From: an uncultured Acidimicrobiia bacterium
GTDB lineage: Bacteria > Actinomycetota > Acidimicrobiia > Spongiisociales > JAENVV01
Length of the DNA stretch: 64,000 nucleotides
Assembly: GCA_965366365.1 (NCBI GenBank)
Contig: CBDUEV010000003.1
Span: 28,098-92,097, forward strand
Direction: 5' to 3'
The translations under genes were made by a program, and so were the position numbers. This document shows positions 59,650 through 64,000 of the stretch, one piece after another. Position 1 is the stretch's first letter, and each line of letters starts with the position of its first letter. Below the pieces are notes generated by a model that did no database searches, had not been told where the DNA came from, and saw nothing but the letters and a program-made list of their open reading frames with translations.

Positions 59650-61698
59650 TTACGTGTGGTGGGCTCGGAGCAAGGCCCGGCGCTGCAACTCCTCGTGCGT
59701 GTCGTATCCCTGGGCCTGTTCCGTCTTCAGCCAGGACCCGTCGGCCTGAAGGTCCCACGCCAGGCGGTCGTCGCCGGAGAGAACGTCGAGGATCTCCTCG
59801 ATACGCTGACGGAGCTGGGGACGTTCGATCGGCACCAGAGCCTCCACCCGTCGATTGAGGTTGCGCGGCATCATGTCGGCGGAGCCGATGAAGTAGTCGT
59901 AGCCGCGGGCGCGAGTTCCAAAGCGCCAGATCCGCGAGTGCTCCAGAAAGCGGCCGACGATCGAACGCACCGTGATGTTCTCGCTCAGGCCGGGCACTCC
60001 GGCTCGGAGGCAGCAGATGCCGCGCACGTACAACTCGACCTTGGTCCCAGCCGCGGAAGCCGCGTACAGCTCATCGATCACCTCAGGGTCGACCAGGCTG
60101 TTCAGTTTCATCACGACATGACCGTCCTCCGCGGCGGCCTCTCTCCGGATCAGCTCCATGATTCTGTCTCGCAGGCTGAACGGGGCCACCAGCAGCTTCC
60201 GGAATCGGCCCTGTCGGCTGTACCCGGTGAGATGGTTGAAGAGATCCCCGAGATCAGCTCCGATCTCGGGATCGGCCGTGAGGAGACCGAGATCTTCGTA
60301 GATGCGGGCGGTTGCGCCGTTGTAGTTACCGGTCCCGATATGGGCGTACCTGCGCACCAACTCACCTTCTTGGCGCACCACCAAGGTCACCTTGGCATGG
60401 GTCTTGAGGCCCACCAGTCCGTAGACGACGTGCACCCCCGCCTCCTCGAGTCGGCGCGCCCATTCGATGTTGCGTTCCTCGTCGAACCGCGCCTTCAACT
60501 CCACGAGAGCCACCACCTGCTTCCCGGCATGGGCCGCCGTGATCAGATTGCGCATGATCTCGGAGTCTTCGTCGGTCCGGTACAGCGCCAGCTTGATCGC
60601 CAGCACGTGAGGGTCCCGGGACGCCTGCGCTATGAATTCGTTGACGGAGGCGGCAAACGCGTCGTAGGGATGCTGCACGATGAAGTCCTGTTCGGAGAGG
60701 GCCGCGAAGATGCTCGGCGACTCGCCATCCATCGGGGTCAGAGCAGGGAGCCCGACACCGTGCCATGCAGACCATTTCAGTTCCGGGCGGTCGAGCGCAT
60801 AGGGCGCCCACATGCCGTTCAGGTCGAGTGGTCCATGGAGGAAATGGACATCCTCGGAGGTCACCTGGAGCTCTCTCACCAGCAATCGCAGCGTCTCCGG
60901 GTCCATGTCGTGCTCGACCTCGAGGCGTACGGCGCGACCGAAGCGGCGGCGATTCAGTTCCATGGCCACGGCTTCGAGCAGATCGTCGGCCTCTGCCTCC
61001 TCGAGGACGAGGTCGGCATTTCGGGTGACCCTGAATGGGTGGTGCGACAGGATCTCCATGCCGGGGAAGAGGTCACCAAGGTGTGAGGCCATGACCTGCT
61101 CCAGGAGCACGAACCTCTTCCCGTCGGGCAGCGCCAGGAACCGGGGCAGGATGGGCGGCACCTTCACCCGGGCAAACCGGACCGAGCCCTCCTGAGGATC
61201 GCGGATAGTCACGGCCAGGTTCAGGGAGAGATTCGAGATGTAGGGGAACGGATGTGCGGGGTCGACGGCCAGCGGCGTCAGCACGGGGAACACCTTGGAT
61301 AGGAATTCATCGTCCACCCAGGCCCGGGCCTCGGGATCGAGTTGCTCGGGGTCGGCAAAGATGATCCCCTCCGCAGCCAGGGCAGGCAGGATCTCGGTGC
61401 GGGTGAGGGCAGCATGGCGCTCAGACAGAGAAGCGGCCCGGCGCCGAACCGCGTTGAGTTGTTCGGTCGGTGTCATCCCGTCCGGCGGCGTGGAGGAGAC
61501 TCCGGCGGCCACCTGTTCCATCAGGCCTGCCACTCTGACCTGAAAGAAGTCGTCCAGGTTGGTGGCGAAGATGGCCAGGAACTTGGCGCGTTCCAGGAGC
61601 GGAACCGCCGGGTCCTCGGCGACGGCCAGCACTCGTTCGTTGAAGTCGAGCCACGACAGTTCGCGGTTCACGAAACGATCTGAGCCACCAGCCGCCAT
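59650..61698 (-). CDS. ppk1: Polyphosphate kinase 1
   Basis: NRELSWLDFNERVL, HPFPYISN, KTHAK, GRFLEHSR, GSADMMPRN. Confidence 0.97.
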   Translation of the reverse strand: MAAGGSDRFVNRELSWLDFNERVLAVAEDPAVPLLERAKFLAIFATNLDDFFQVRVAGLMEQVAAGVSSTPPDGMTPTEQLNAVRRRAASLSERHAALTRTEILPALAAEGIIFADPEQLDPEARAWVDDEFLSKVFPVLTPLAVDPAHPFPYISNLSLNLAVTIRDPQEGSVRFARVKVPPILPRFLALPDGKRFVLLEQVMASHLGDLFPGMEILSHHPFRVTRNADLVLEEAEADDLLEAVAMELNRRRFGRAVRLEVEHDMDPETLRLLVRELQVTSEDVHFLHGPLDLNGMWAPYALDRPELKWSAWHGVGLPALTPMDGESPSIFAALSEQDFIVQHPYDAFAASVNEFIAQASRDPHVLAIKLALYRTDEDSEIMRNLITAAHAGKQVVALVELKARFDEERNIEWARRLEEAGVHVVYGLVGLKTHAKVTLVVRQEGELVRRYAHIGTGNYNGATARIYEDLGLLTADPEIGADLGDLFNHLTGYSRQGRFRKLLVAPFSLRDRIMELIRREAAAEDGHVVMKLNSLVDPEVIDELYAASAAGTKVELYVRGICCLRAGVPGLSENITVRSIVGRFLEHSRIWRFGTRARGYDYFIGSADMMPRNLNRRVEALVPIERPQLRQRIEEILDVLSGDDRLAWDLQADGSWLKTEQAQGYDTHEELQRRALLRAHHT

Positions 61699-62306
61699 CA
61701 GGCCGAGAAACCACTCAACATGACGTCCGCCATGGCTTCGGCGATGACAGGTAGGTCTGCCTTGGGGTCTTCGGAGTCGATGACCGCCTTGGCTGCGGAC
61801 ATGATCAGGTCCTGGACGAAGTGACCCGCCAGGCGGAGGGGGAGTTCCTTCAGCTGGCCGGCCTCGACACCCGAACGGTAGATGGCGCCGAACTCGGCGG
61901 AGAGACCGCGGTGCGCCACCGCCACGCGATGCTGTGCTTCCGGACCGAGGGTCTGGATCTCGCGATGCAGGAGCAGGCCGAGGGTTGGGTCATTGACCAC
62001 GAACTCGACCATCTTCACCGCCAGGGCGACGAACCGATCCCGATCCGACAAGCCGGTCGGAATGGAACCGACCATCTCGTCTACCTGGGCCGGCAGGGTC
62101 TCCTCGACCAGGGTGGCGAGGAGATCGTCCTTGTCTCTGAAATACTCATACAAGGTGGTGCGACCCACCCCGATGGCAGCCGCCACGTCGCCCAGCGAGG
62201 TCTCGTGATACCCCTGCTGCTGAAAGAGCTCTTGGGCAGCCTCGAGGACCTGAGCTCGCATCTGGGTCTTGTGCTCAGCGATGCTGGCGGCGCGAATCCT
62301 CGGCAC
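61698..62306 (-). CDS. TetR-family regulator
   Basis: GYHETSLGDVAAAIGVGRTTLYEYF; coupled to ppk1 (TGATG). Confidence 0.92.
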   Translation of the reverse strand: MPRIRAASIAEHKTQMRAQVLEAAQELFQQQGYHETSLGDVAAAIGVGRTTLYEYFRDKDDLLATLVEETLPAQVDEMVGSIPTGLSDRDRFVALAVKMVEFVVNDPTLGLLLHREIQTLGPEAQHRVAVAHRGLSAEFGAIYRSGVEAGQLKELPLRLAGHFVQDLIMSAAKAVIDSEDPKADLPVIAEAMADVMLSGFSA

Positions 62307-62330
62307 AGGTCCACCTCCCCTCGTCCATAG

Positions 62331-63698
<1,368 letters not shown>

Positions 63699-63699
63699 C

Positions 63700-64000
63700 G
63701 TGCGGGTCCTCCTCATCGGCGCCGGGGGCAGGGAGCACGCCCTGGCATGGAAGATCGTCCAGAGCTCGCGGGTCACATCGTTGACCAGCCTGCCCGGCAA
63801 CCCCGGTCTCGCCACGCTGGGCGAGACCATCGAGGGCATCGATCCCACCGACGCCGGCGCCGTGGCGGCCGTCGCCGTGCAGCATGGGTTCGATCTGGTT
63901 GTGATCGGACCCGAGGCTCCCCTGGCCGCCGGAGTGGCCGACGCGCTCGGTTCCGCCGGCGTCCCCGTGTTCGGCCCGAGCAGAAGCGCCGCCCGGCTCG
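63700..64000 (+). CDS. purD: Phosphoribosylamine-glycine ligase, 5' part (runs off the window)
   Basis: GTG 63700: MRVLLIGAGGREHALAWKI...PGNPG...VIGPEAPL...FGPS..AARL; absent from the ORF track. Confidence 0.93.
   Translation, partial: MRVLLIGAGGREHALAWKIVQSSRVTSLTSLPGNPGLATLGETIEGIDPTDAGAVAAVAVQHGFDLVVIGPEAPLAAGVADALGSAGVPVFGPSRSAARL

Overview
High-GC bacterial chromosomal segment. Gene content, apparently leaderless TANNNT-then-start genes, HspR/HAIR and SLH lipoproteins suggest an Actinomycetota member, probably Acidimicrobiia-like (inference). Housekeeping content: a heat-shock cluster (lon divergent from dnaK-grpE-dnaJ-hspR, mscL, Ycf46-like AAA ATPase, clpB), an aap-type amino-acid ABC transporter, ppk1, purA, partial purD, tandem phosphofructokinases, lipid-catabolism genes, a MacB-type ABC module beside an MprAB-like two-component system, and a diguanylate cyclase. 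The most notable locus is a translationally coupled operon at 9242-14554. It encodes a MauE-like membrane protein, a Tat-exported 26-Cys protein resembling the amine-dehydrogenase (TTQ) light chain fused to beta-propeller repeats, a MauD-like thioredoxin, and a MauF/DsbD-like membrane protein whose WSP[C]G Cys codon is an in-frame TGA followed by SECIS-like hairpins (candidate selenoprotein). An SLH protein follows. Other candidates: two structured non-coding RNAs (twin AUCCUCCC-loop hairpins near 23.0 kb; a terminated GGGAGG-repeat RNA near 52.3-52.5 kb), an identical 15-bp operator shared by a ribbon-helix-helix gene and lon, a three-gene restriction-modification-like operon, and an orphan WXG100-like 870-aa protein. 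No rRNA, tRNA, CRISPR array or transposase was seen. All family assignments come from motif recognition, not database searches.
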